Shown in pieces: positions 18,576 through 27,575 of a stretch of 35,854 nucleotides of DNA. This DNA is from Thermoplasmatota archaeon (GTDB lineage Archaea > Thermoplasmatota > E2 > DHVEG-1), in contig JAUWOO010000003.1 in assembly GCA_030612095.1 (NCBI GenBank), positions 1-35,854 on the forward strand. The letters run 5' to 3'. Each line of letters opens with the position of its first letter. The stretch's first letter is position 1. The notes beneath the pieces were generated by a model that made no database searches, was not told where the DNA came from, and saw only the letters and a program-made list of their open reading frames with translations. The position numbers and the translations under genes are program-made.

Positions 18576-20073
18576 TTACATCACTCTCTTTTCCAACTTC
18601 TGATGCAACATAAATCTCGACTGCGTCATTTTTTTCTCTTTGCATTAGAATTTCTCCGTTTTCTACATTGTAGTCTCCCAACGGAAGCAAAAATGTCAAA
18701 TGAGCTTTTATATCCATTTCCAAATCATTTTCCACAATTGCAGTATACGGATCTGTAAACTTGCAGCTAAGTTTGTATGATGGAATAGAGAATTTCGGTT
18801 CTTTATAATTGTATGATGTAATTTCTCCATCCTGTATATCAATTAGTCTGTATCCCCAATAAGCATCTTCACTCGACAGGGAACTTGACACGGTTGTCGT
18901 TGTTACATAAAGTGTGTCATTTCGAATTGTAATATCATCGTAATGCACATGTCCTGCAAAAACTGCATCCACGCCATATTCGTCAATTAATAAAAGCAGT
19001 TCTTCCCTTCCTCCATACCCATTTTTCAGCAAAGAATCATTCTTTGTATCCCATATGGGATTATGATGCAAAAGCATGAACTTCATTGTTGCATTGCTAT
19101 TTTCCAAATCCTCTTCTATCCACTCCATCTGTTCTTCCTGTATATAACCACCCCAGTTAAAAACAAGATATGAAATACCAAATCTAGCAAGCTTAGGCCA
19201 GTCGTAGGAATTCACACTAGTAAAGTGATGATCACCATAGTCAAATGAATAATAAAGAGGACCAAAATATTCCTGCCATAATTTGAAGCCGTCTTGTCCA
19301 GTTTGGACATATCCGTCATGATTCCCAGGACATAAAAAAGTAGGCACTTGAAACATTTGAAGGATTTCATAACATTTTTTGTATTCCCATGTGTATTCAA
19401 AGGGATATAATTGTCCAAAGACCAAATCGCCTGTTATCACAACAAAGTCTGGGGATATCAAGTTTATTTCCGCTACACATTTCTTCGCGGCTTTCCAACC
19501 TATGGTTTCCCGTATGTTCTCCCTTAGACCTCTTGGATCCCCAATGTGAAAATCTGTGACATGGATAAATGAAAAGTTGTCAGAAAAATCATTTATTACA
19601 CTTACAGCTCTTGGCTGGCTACATGATGTAAATTCGCCATTTTTTCCAATAGTTATAGTAAGATTGTAGAGCTCCTCTGACGTATTTGGGGGAACAGATA
19701 CTGCGACATGCCATGTCGAATCAGTTTTCCATGCATCCTCTAGTTCTAGTTCAATCTCGTCCACAATGGGTTCATATGCTGTAGAGATGCGTGCAGATAT
19801 GCTGTCAAAATCTTCTGATTGAAAATCAATAGTGAAGTTTCCCGCTTTTTCAACCAACACAGGAATCGATGAAAGAGGGTAAAGAATCTTTACAATGCCT
19901 GGTTTGTCAAAACTTTGGATAAAACTTGGTTTATTTTGATAGTTAATTTCTTTAGAATTAAATGAATTAAACATTGGTGTTTTTTGTTGAGAAACTGCCG
20001 AGACAAAACTGCTAGATAGGAGGATTACAGCCGCAAATATTGGAACTAATGTTAGAAGATATTTGTTATTCAT
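18553..20073 (-). CDS. Secreted calcineurin-like metallophosphoesterase
   Basis: Signal peptide; DFHIG, GDLV, GNHD, HH, GHVH metal-binding motifs. Confidence 0.9.
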   Translation of the reverse strand: MNNKYLLTLVPIFAAVILLSSSFVSAVSQQKTPMFNSFNSKEINYQNKPSFIQSFDKPGIVKILYPLSSIPVLVEKAGNFTIDFQSEDFDSISARISTAYEPIVDEIELELEDAWKTDSTWHVAVSVPPNTSEELYNLTITIGKNGEFTSCSQPRAVSVINDFSDNFSFIHVTDFHIGDPRGLRENIRETIGWKAAKKCVAEINLISPDFVVITGDLVFGQLYPFEYTWEYKKCYEILQMFQVPTFLCPGNHDGYVQTGQDGFKLWQEYFGPLYYSFDYGDHHFTSVNSYDWPKLARFGISYLVFNWGGYIQEEQMEWIEEDLENSNATMKFMLLHHNPIWDTKNDSLLKNGYGGREELLLLIDEYGVDAVFAGHVHYDDITIRNDTLYVTTTTVSSSLSSEDAYWGYRLIDIQDGEITSYNYKEPKFSIPSYKLSCKFTDPYTAIVENDLEMDIKAHLTFLLPLGDYNVENGEILMQREKNDAVEIYVASEVGKESDVTITLSLQ

Positions 20074-20135
20074 TTTTTCACTTCAGGAATTAATAACATT
20101 TATAAGAATTTATATTTTTCTATGAATAACTACCA

Positions 20136-21671
20136 TCAAAGGATATTTTGCTCCAAACTTCCCACTATCCTTTCAACTTCTTTGAGTATTTCACATGATT
20201 TAACAAGTCCTTTCATTGTCGTGTGATCCTTATACAATGGTCTATCAACATCCAAGAATTCAACATGTTTTCTTATAATCTCTTTGGCCTTTGTAACACC
20301 TTTACCGAACTTATAGTCACGGAAATCAAGAGCCTGAGCAGCGGCCATAAATTCAATACCCAAAATACCGTAAGCATTGTCAAGTATCTGAAAATTCTTA
20401 ATGGCCGTATTCATACCCATAGAAACGAAATCCTCCTGATCAGCAGCAGCTGGAATCGACTGAATAGATGCAGGTGCAGAAAGAATACGCTGTTCAACTA
20501 TTTGCATATCTGCAGTATACTGGGAAAGCATCATTCCTGAAAACATTCCTGCACCTTTTGTCAAGAACGCAGGAAGTCCCACACTTAGTGCAGGATTATT
20601 CAGTCTGTTTAATCTTCTTTCAGACATGACACTTACCATCGTAATAGCAACACCAGCCATGTCCATAGGAAGGGAAACAGGGCTTCCTTGGAAGTTAGCA
20701 CCAGATATTTGAATGTCTTCGTCAGGAAAGAAAATGGGATTATCTCCTACACCATTGAGTTCAATTTCAACCTGTGAACGAGCATAATCCAAAGCATCAT
20801 GAGCAGCACCTATTACCTGTGGTGTAGATCTCATTGAATAGGCATCCTGCACCTTGCATTTGATTCGCTCTTCTTTTAGATCGCCACCTTCAACAAGTTT
20901 GCGTATTGCCTCTGCACTTCTAACTGCACCTTTAAAACCACGTACTTCGTGTAGTCTTGCGCTATACGGTTTCATGTTAGCTTTTAATGCCTCGAGTGAC
21001 ATTGCAGCAGCTATTTCAGCCTGTTTTAACCAGTTGTTTGCATCATAAAGAAATAATGCACTCATTGCTGTAAGCACATTAGAACCGTTTATTATTGCAA
21101 GTCCATCTCTTGCCCGTAAGCCAGGAGTAGGAATTCCTGCTTTTTTCATTGCATCCTTTCCGTCAAAAAGTTTACCTTTGTAGTACGCCTGACCTTCACC
21201 CAACATAAGTAGTGCAATCTGGGACATGGGGGCTAAATCGCCGCATGCACCCACTGAACCTTTCTGGCAAACATAGGGAGTCACACCCTTATTCAACATT
21301 TCTATAAGTGTAAGCGTTATTTCAGGGCGACAACCTGAATTGCCATGTGCATGAACGTTGATTTTACCAAGCATTGCTCCCCGCACGTACTCGATAGGAG
21401 CTGGATCACCAATGCCGGCAGCATGATTGTATATAAGATATTTTTGGAATTCTTTAACTTGATCATCAGTTAAAACAACCTCCGAAAATTCACCTATCCC
21501 CGTATTCACACCATACATTATTTCATGTGCATCGATCTTCCTTTCCAGCATTGCCCTGCATGTTTTGATGCGTTTCAACGAATCTGGATGAAGTTTCACT
21601 TTTTCATTGCGTCTTGCTACGTCAACCACTTTCTCAATTGTAAGTCCGGAACCATCTATAACTACGGTCAT
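20136..21671 (-). CDS. Aromatic amino acid ammonia-lyase (HutH/PAL family) with an Ala-Cys-Gly MIO motif
   Basis: YGVNTGIG, GSVGACGDLAPM, GLAIING, QDAYSMR, DNP, GANFQG, QEDFVSMG. Substrate uncertain. Confidence 0.9.
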   Translation of the reverse strand: MTVVIDGSGLTIEKVVDVARRNEKVKLHPDSLKRIKTCRAMLERKIDAHEIMYGVNTGIGEFSEVVLTDDQVKEFQKYLIYNHAAGIGDPAPIEYVRGAMLGKINVHAHGNSGCRPEITLTLIEMLNKGVTPYVCQKGSVGACGDLAPMSQIALLMLGEGQAYYKGKLFDGKDAMKKAGIPTPGLRARDGLAIINGSNVLTAMSALFLYDANNWLKQAEIAAAMSLEALKANMKPYSARLHEVRGFKGAVRSAEAIRKLVEGGDLKEERIKCKVQDAYSMRSTPQVIGAAHDALDYARSQVEIELNGVGDNPIFFPDEDIQISGANFQGSPVSLPMDMAGVAITMVSVMSERRLNRLNNPALSVGLPAFLTKGAGMFSGMMLSQYTADMQIVEQRILSAPASIQSIPAAADQEDFVSMGMNTAIKNFQILDNAYGILGIEFMAAAQALDFRDYKFGKGVTKAKEIIRKHVEFLDVDRPLYKDHTTMKGLVKSCEILKEVERIVGSLEQNIL

Positions 21672-21764
21672 AGTAACCTCCCAAAATCAACTAATTATCG
21701 AGCCTTGTATCAAGTGACTATGTATTAAGTTTTCCAATAATTTGTTCCATGCTCGATTAAAAAG

Positions 21765-22598
21765 TTATCCCTCTTGCACTGGCGAACGCCAATCAAGACC
21801 AGGGGTTCTAATGCCAACTTTTGGAATTAAAGGCGTTCTTCTCTTATGCTGGCTTTTAATTCTCATTTTTTTAACTCGCTCAACGTCAGATTGTTTCACA
21901 CCTGCAATATGTACTATCTCATCAATATTTATCTTCTGTTCTAAACCAGCAAGTATTTTATCCAAATCTTTGTAACTAAGTTGCAGTTCTTTTTCATCAG
22001 TCTGTCCCTTTATCAGACCAGCAGTTGGAGGTTTTGAGACTATTTCATCCGGAATTTTCAAATACCTGGCTAACTCCAAAACCTGGGTCTTATATAGATC
22101 ACCGATTGGCATAATATCAACACCACCATCCCCATACTTTGTAAAGTAACCAACAAGAATCTCTGATTTATTAGAGGTGCCACAAACAAGACTTCCAGCC
22201 ATATTAGCATATTCAAAAAGCAGTATCATCCTTGCTCTTGCCTTAATATTTGCAAGTGCACAATTATTTGGTTTTACAATACACTTACTTTCAATATTTT
22301 GTACAAGGGAGGTAATGTCTCTTTTTTCACATAACAAATCAAATTTTTTAACGAAGAGCCCCTGATGTTTAATATCTACATCTGGCGTAGCATCATCGGG
22401 TAAAAAAACACACTTCGTGTTTTCCTTTCCTAGCACGCCTTTACATAATAAAGCAGTAACTGCCGAATCAATACCACCCGAAAGTCCAATCACCACACTT
22501 TTACATCCGGAGTTTTCAACATGTGTTTTAATAAAATCCTTGATAATAATTGACACTTCTTCTGGATTTATAGATAAATTGATATCCAAACCAATCAC
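21765..22598 (-). CDS. nadE: NH3-dependent NAD+ synthetase
   Basis: GLSGGIDS, NIKARARM, GTSNKSE, GYFTKYGDG, KPPTAGL, QTDE, HKR. Confidence 0.96.
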   Translation of the reverse strand: MIGLDINLSINPEEVSIIIKDFIKTHVENSGCKSVVIGLSGGIDSAVTALLCKGVLGKENTKCVFLPDDATPDVDIKHQGLFVKKFDLLCEKRDITSLVQNIESKCIVKPNNCALANIKARARMILLFEYANMAGSLVCGTSNKSEILVGYFTKYGDGGVDIMPIGDLYKTQVLELARYLKIPDEIVSKPPTAGLIKGQTDEKELQLSYKDLDKILAGLEQKINIDEIVHIAGVKQSDVERVKKMRIKSQHKRRTPLIPKVGIRTPGLDWRSPVQEG

Positions 22599-23170
22599 CC
22601 TTTGCTCAACAATATGTTTTCATTCTTTTTAAGCTCCCTGTATATCGACTCACCATACGAATCTATTGCCACAACTAATGGACCAAATTCTTTTACCACA
22701 AATATCCAGATGGCCTCTGCCATGCCCAGTTCTTCAAGCCAATAAACTGCCCGAACTTCTTGTATGCTATCTGCGGCAAGTGCTCCTGCTCCACCTGTAT
22801 ATGACATATAGACTCCACTATGTTTCTGCAACGTTTTTCTGGTTCTTTCGCCCATGTCTCCTTTTCCAATTATAAGGTTTATACCATATTTTTCTATGAA
22901 TTTATCTTCAAATATTTCCATCCTACCGCTTGTGGTAGGACCAGCAGAAATAACCTTCCAACCATCCTTATTTTTTTTCATTAAAGGTCCACAATGATAG
23001 AGGGCCATAATAGAGGGATCAAATGGAATATCAATCTTATTTTGTTCAAGCATTAAATGGTGGGCTGCATCTCGAGCGGTAAAAACTGTGCCGGAAACAT
23101 ATACAATATCACCAATATGTAATTTTTTTATATCCTCAACGTCAACCGGAATGTCAAAATGATACTCCAA
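22595..23170 (-). CDS. Class I fumarate/tartrate hydratase, beta subunit
   Basis: TARDAAH, YHCGP, GPTTSGRM, IGKG, GGAGAL, LGMAEA, FGPLVVAID. Likely TTG start at 23170 after GGAGGT (ORF track starts at 23194). Confidence 0.9.
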   Translation of the reverse strand: MEYHFDIPVDVEDIKKLHIGDIVYVSGTVFTARDAAHHLMLEQNKIDIPFDPSIMALYHCGPLMKKNKDGWKVISAGPTTSGRMEIFEDKFIEKYGINLIIGKGDMGERTRKTLQKHSGVYMSYTGGAGALAADSIQEVRAVYWLEELGMAEAIWIFVVKEFGPLVVAIDSYGESIYRELKKNENILLSKG

Positions 23171-23171
23171 A

Positions 23172-24032
23172 TTATTCAACCTCCCATGTTCCATCAGAGT
23201 GAATAATCATGTTTGCTCTTCGGTCAGCCCAACACTGAACCACAAGACCAACAGGAAGACTTGCAGGATGCCTAGGTGCCTTCTCAACATGAACATCAAG
23301 AACAGTAGTTTTTCCACCAAGCCCCATCGGACCAATTCCACTTTGATTAATTCTTTTAATTAAATCTTCCTCCATTAAAGCAATTTTTTTATCTTGATGG
23401 CGAATGCCGACTGGTCTAAGAAGAGCAGTTTTTCCAAGCTTCATCGCTAGATCTGCCCCACCCCCAATACCTATTCCAACAACAGTAGGTGGACAAGGAT
23501 TTCCCCCAGCTTTTATCATCTCTTCTACAACAAAATCTTTAACACCTTCTATACCAACACCAGGTTTAAGCATAACAAGCTTACTCATGTTTTCACTGCC
23601 ACCGCCTTTTGGTATTGCCGTGATTATTACATCACTACCATCGACAAAATCCCAAGTTATTGCTGGAATATAATCACCAGTATTGTCTTTATGATTCTTG
23701 TGTGTAAACGGGTCAAACGTGTTAGGACGCAATGGAACTTGTTCGGTGGCAATTTTTACTGCATCTGTAATTTGTTTTTTTAATCTACCCACATATAGAT
23801 AATCAACACCAATTTTTACGAAAAACGTCTGAACGCCTGTATCCTGACACATCGGCCTCATTGTCTTTTTTGCAACATCTATGTTTTTAAGAATATTTTC
23901 TATCTGGATTTTTGCAATTCCCTCTTCGATATCATAGGCATTTTTTAAAGCTTTGACAACATCACTAGGAAGTTCTATCTCTGCTTTTTTGATAAGCTGA
24001 ACTATACCTCCCACTATACTTCCATAATCCAT
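23172..24032 (-). CDS. Class I fumarate/tartrate hydratase, alpha subunit (Fe-S)
   Basis: PMCQDTG, PLRPN, PKGGGSEN, NPCPP, GIGPMGLGG, HPASLPV, QCWA. Confidence 0.92.
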   Translation of the reverse strand: MDYGSIVGGIVQLIKKAEIELPSDVVKALKNAYDIEEGIAKIQIENILKNIDVAKKTMRPMCQDTGVQTFFVKIGVDYLYVGRLKKQITDAVKIATEQVPLRPNTFDPFTHKNHKDNTGDYIPAITWDFVDGSDVIITAIPKGGGSENMSKLVMLKPGVGIEGVKDFVVEEMIKAGGNPCPPTVVGIGIGGGADLAMKLGKTALLRPVGIRHQDKKIALMEEDLIKRINQSGIGPMGLGGKTTVLDVHVEKAPRHPASLPVGLVVQCWADRRANMIIHSDGTWEVE

Positions 24033-24138
24033 TTTACATACATGTATATGTTCTAAAAGTTAAGACTTTTCCTTCGTCAAAAAAACAAAAAGAATTTAAA
24101 AAAAATAAAAAAAGGGGTTGTGGATAGTAATTATCTAA

Positions 24139-26103
24139 TTACTGTCTGTTATCCACAAGACTGTCGACAATGGATGGGTCAGATAGAGTACTGATATCAC
24201 CAAGCTTATCGACCTCGCCTTCTGCAATTTTACGCAAGATACGGCGCATGATTTTTCCAGACCGGGTTTTTGGCAAACCTTCAGCATACTGGATTTTGTC
24301 AGGAGAAGCATGAGGGCCTATCTCTGATCTGACCAGTTTTACTAATTCCTTTGTAAGATTTTCATCGATACTCTCACCGGTATTTAAAGTCACATATGCA
24401 TATATTCCCTGACCCTTGATTTCGTGAGGATATCCAACAACTGCTGCCTCTGCAACCTTTGAATGTTTGCCAAGCGCACCTTCTACTTCAGCAGTGCCAA
24501 TTCTATGACCAGAGACGTTCATCACATCATCCACTCTACCAGTAATCCAGTAATAACCATCAGCATCTCTGAGACAACCATCGCCAGTGAAGAAATATCC
24601 AGGATACATGGTGAAATAAGTATCTTTGAACCTTTTGTGATCTCCATATACTGTTCTCATCATTCCTGGCCATGCCGTTTTGATTACAAGGTTACCTGAC
24701 ACATCATTGCCTTCCAGTTCTTTACCATTATCATCCAAAAGGATTGGTTCTATGCCGAAAAACGGAAGTGTTGCAGAACCCGGTTTGGTTGGTGTTGCAC
24801 CTGGAAGTGGCGTGATAAGAATTCCGCCTGTTTCAGTTTGCCACCAGGTATCTACAATAGGACAGCGTTCGCCACCTATAAGTTTGTAGTACCAGTTCCA
24901 TTCCCTAGATTTGATTGGTTCACCAACAGTACCAAGAATCTTAAGTGAGCTAAGGTCATATTTTGTAACCCAGTCATCACCCTCTTTCATGAGAGCTCTA
25001 AGTGCCGTAGGGGCAGTGTAAAAAGTGTTGACTTTGTGTTTTTCACAGATTGCCCAGAATCTACCCCAATCTGGATAGTTTGGAACACCTTCATACATCA
25101 TTGAAATAGCTTTGTTGTTTAGCGGACCATACACAATGTAAGAGTGGCCAGTAATCCACCCGATGTCAGCCGTACACCAATATATGTCTCCTTCGCGATA
25201 GTCAAAGATATACTTGTGAGTAACAGCAGCATATACTAGGTATCCGCCAGTTGTATGCAATACACCCTTTGGTTTTCCTGTCGAACCAGAAGTATAAAGA
25301 ATAAACAGTGGATCCTCGGCATCCATTTCCTCAGGCGGACATTTTGAATCAGCTTGTTCCATCTCTTCATGCCACCAATAGTCTTTGTCAGTCCAGTCGA
25401 CTTTTTCTCCGATGCGCTTTACAACTATTACAGATTCAATTGATGGGCATTCTTTTACTGATTTGTCAGCGGTGACTTTCATGTGAAGTGGCTTTGGTCC
25501 TCTTACTCCAGCATCTTGTGTGATAAGCATCTTACATTCAGAATCGTTAATCCTATCACGAAGCGAATCGGCAGAAAAACCACCAAAAACTATGGAGTGA
25601 ACGGCACCGATACGGGCACAAGCAAGCATAGATATGGCCAATTCAGGAACCATTTGCAAATAGATACAAACTCTATCACCTTTCTCAATGCCTTTTGATT
25701 TAAGGACATTAGCAAACTTCTCTACTTCAGTAAGAAGTTCTGTATATGTAAAGGTTTTTGATTGATCTGGTTCGTTTCCTTCCCATATAATTGCAATATC
25801 GTCTCCATGTCCGTTTTCAATATGTTTATCAAGGCAGTTGTAGGCTACGTTAAGTTTTGCCCCCTCAAACCACTTGATTTCCGCTTTTTTGAAATCATAT
25901 TTACAGACATTGCTCCATTTCTTATACCAACTTACATTCTCCTCAGCCATTTTTGCCCAGAACTCATCGGGATTTTCTATGGATTTTTTATACAGTTCGT
26001 TGTATTCATCCATGCTGCCGATGTAGGCCCTTGAGCTTATAGTCTTGTTAGGTTTAAAAACCTCAACTGTTTCTGTTTCTGCCATACTTTCCAAACTCTC
26101 CAT
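24139..26103 (-). CDS. acs: AMP-forming acetyl-CoA synthetase
   Basis: [51 protein letters not shown]. Start may be at 26085. Confidence 0.97.
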   Translation of the reverse strand: MESLESMAETETVEVFKPNKTISSRAYIGSMDEYNELYKKSIENPDEFWAKMAEENVSWYKKWSNVCKYDFKKAEIKWFEGAKLNVAYNCLDKHIENGHGDDIAIIWEGNEPDQSKTFTYTELLTEVEKFANVLKSKGIEKGDRVCIYLQMVPELAISMLACARIGAVHSIVFGGFSADSLRDRINDSECKMLITQDAGVRGPKPLHMKVTADKSVKECPSIESVIVVKRIGEKVDWTDKDYWWHEEMEQADSKCPPEEMDAEDPLFILYTSGSTGKPKGVLHTTGGYLVYAAVTHKYIFDYREGDIYWCTADIGWITGHSYIVYGPLNNKAISMMYEGVPNYPDWGRFWAICEKHKVNTFYTAPTALRALMKEGDDWVTKYDLSSLKILGTVGEPIKSREWNWYYKLIGGERCPIVDTWWQTETGGILITPLPGATPTKPGSATLPFFGIEPILLDDNGKELEGNDVSGNLVIKTAWPGMMRTVYGDHKRFKDTYFTMYPGYFFTGDGCLRDADGYYWITGRVDDVMNVSGHRIGTAEVEGALGKHSKVAEAAVVGYPHEIKGQGIYAYVTLNTGESIDENLTKELVKLVRSEIGPHASPDKIQYAEGLPKTRSGKIMRRILRKIAEGEVDKLGDISTLSDPSIVDSLVDNRQ

Positions 26104-26313
26104 TCAGTTTAACTACTTTTTATATTTCACATTTTATATTTTTTAAGAAGAACCTAATTTTGAAGGTCCCCCAAGGATATATTAACCCCTTAGCGGGTTG
26201 CTCGAATAGAGTTTTAGTATATAATATTTTTTGTACGCATTTCCCCGTGTTGAATCCGGAAATTATTCTTCACCAACTATGGTAAAAAAACAAATAGATG
26301 GCGTTCTTCACTT

Positions 26314-27366
26314 TTAAATTTTCAATATTTTTTTTGCTATTGGAGCGAAATCAAAATCCTTTATGATAACTATCCTTTCAAACATATATTTTCTAATAAG
26401 TGGGGTGTATGATATGAAATCATTCTCCTTAAGAAAACGAATCTTGCGCATTTTATCCTCCTTATAGTCCTGATAACCAGGATACGCAGATATCATTATA
26501 ATTTCAAATCCCCTAATGGCAAGAAAGATTGTAGAAGCAGTATCAAGATTACAGATATCCTCTTTGCTAGGTAGTTTACGAGGATTAAATTTGAGGTGAC
26601 AAAATGACAGTATTTCAAAACCTAGTTTATTTAGATTTGGAAGAGCAATATTTCTTAGTAAATTCTCTTCAAAAAAATGTTTTTTCATTCTTGATATAGT
26701 ATGGCGAGATAATCCAACCGTTTCCCCCAATTGTTGAGTAGTATCATTTGGATATTCAACGATTGCAGAATAGACCTTTTTTTCCTTATCAGTTAATTCT
26801 ATATAATCTAGATGATCAAACCAATTCGCATCAGGTTCTATGTTTTCGATGTGATCTAAAGAGAATACTTTTTTTAAAATACGGGAAAAGTCAAAAAACC
26901 TGTTAATGTGACTTGTCTCAAATGGAAATATTACTTCAGTAGGATACTCATTTTCTAAGAGACCGGCTTTACCAAAAGTTTCAGTTCTTATTTCATTTAT
27001 TTTTCCAATATTGGTATAGTTTTTTGATAGGCTGATTGAAAAACCTTTTTCTTGCTCTCCTGCTGAAAAAAAGATTTCTTCAAATACTTCAATTGTTTTT
27101 TTTGTTGTCTTAATTCGCTCTTCTAGTGGTATAACTGGGTTGAACTGAGTATATATCACTGCCAAAAGTTCACACCCCAAATAATTTAACATTGGAACCG
27201 CAAGTTTTCGAAAAAACCCCTGATCAAATAACCTTCGTTTTATAGATGTAAGTGTAGAAAGTTTTACACCCATAATTGATGATAATTCACTATCATTTAA
27301 TCCAGGATATTTAACAAGTCCATAGAGGACTTTTTCCTCGTTTTTTGTTAAAGGCGTTTGCTTCAC
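26314..27366 (-). CDS. Tandem-duplicated Lrp/AsnC-like wHTH transcriptional regulator
   Basis: Two internal repeats: LTKNEEKVL..LVKYP..DSELS...PMLNYLGCELL...FNP and LTDKEKKVY..IVEYP..TQQLG...PNLNKLGFEIL...FNP. Confidence 0.8.
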   Translation of the reverse strand: MKQTPLTKNEEKVLYGLVKYPGLNDSELSSIMGVKLSTLTSIKRRLFDQGFFRKLAVPMLNYLGCELLAVIYTQFNPVIPLEERIKTTKKTIEVFEEIFFSAGEQEKGFSISLSKNYTNIGKINEIRTETFGKAGLLENEYPTEVIFPFETSHINRFFDFSRILKKVFSLDHIENIEPDANWFDHLDYIELTDKEKKVYSAIVEYPNDTTQQLGETVGLSRHTISRMKKHFFEENLLRNIALPNLNKLGFEILSFCHLKFNPRKLPSKEDICNLDTASTIFLAIRGFEIIMISAYPGYQDYKEDKMRKIRFLKENDFISYTPLIRKYMFERIVIIKDFDFAPIAKKILKI

Positions 27367-27515
27367 AATTTCTAAGAATGATATGAGTCAATATATAATT
27401 TTCCCATTTTTCCAAAATAAATCAAATATTTTGTTATAACGCTCGAAATATGACAAAAATTAATCAAAAAAACATTTTGATAATATCAAGATTATTTATT
27501 TGTTTAATTCCGTGC

Positions 27516-27528
27516 AAAAGTTTATTAA
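27516..27528 (+). promoter_or_regulatory. Probable BRE/TATA promoter of the aconitase-ACL-IDH operon
   Basis: Purine run AAAAG followed by TTTATTAA, about 50 nt upstream of the ATG at 27576. Confidence 0.5.
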
Positions 27529-27575
27529 ACGCTTCGAGATACTTCGCAATTATCACCTACAATGAGATGATAAAC

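Noticed and set aside
9867-21671. Plant-like phenylpropanoid pathway formed by the ammonia-lyase plus the CoA ligase
   Set aside because: The genes are about 9 kb apart, on opposite strands and separated by housekeeping genes; nothing in the sequence links them.
24075-24115. Long A-rich tracts (also 17629-17645)
   Set aside because: Low-complexity spacers; the first is most simply an ordinary oligo-T terminator for acs on the minus strand.
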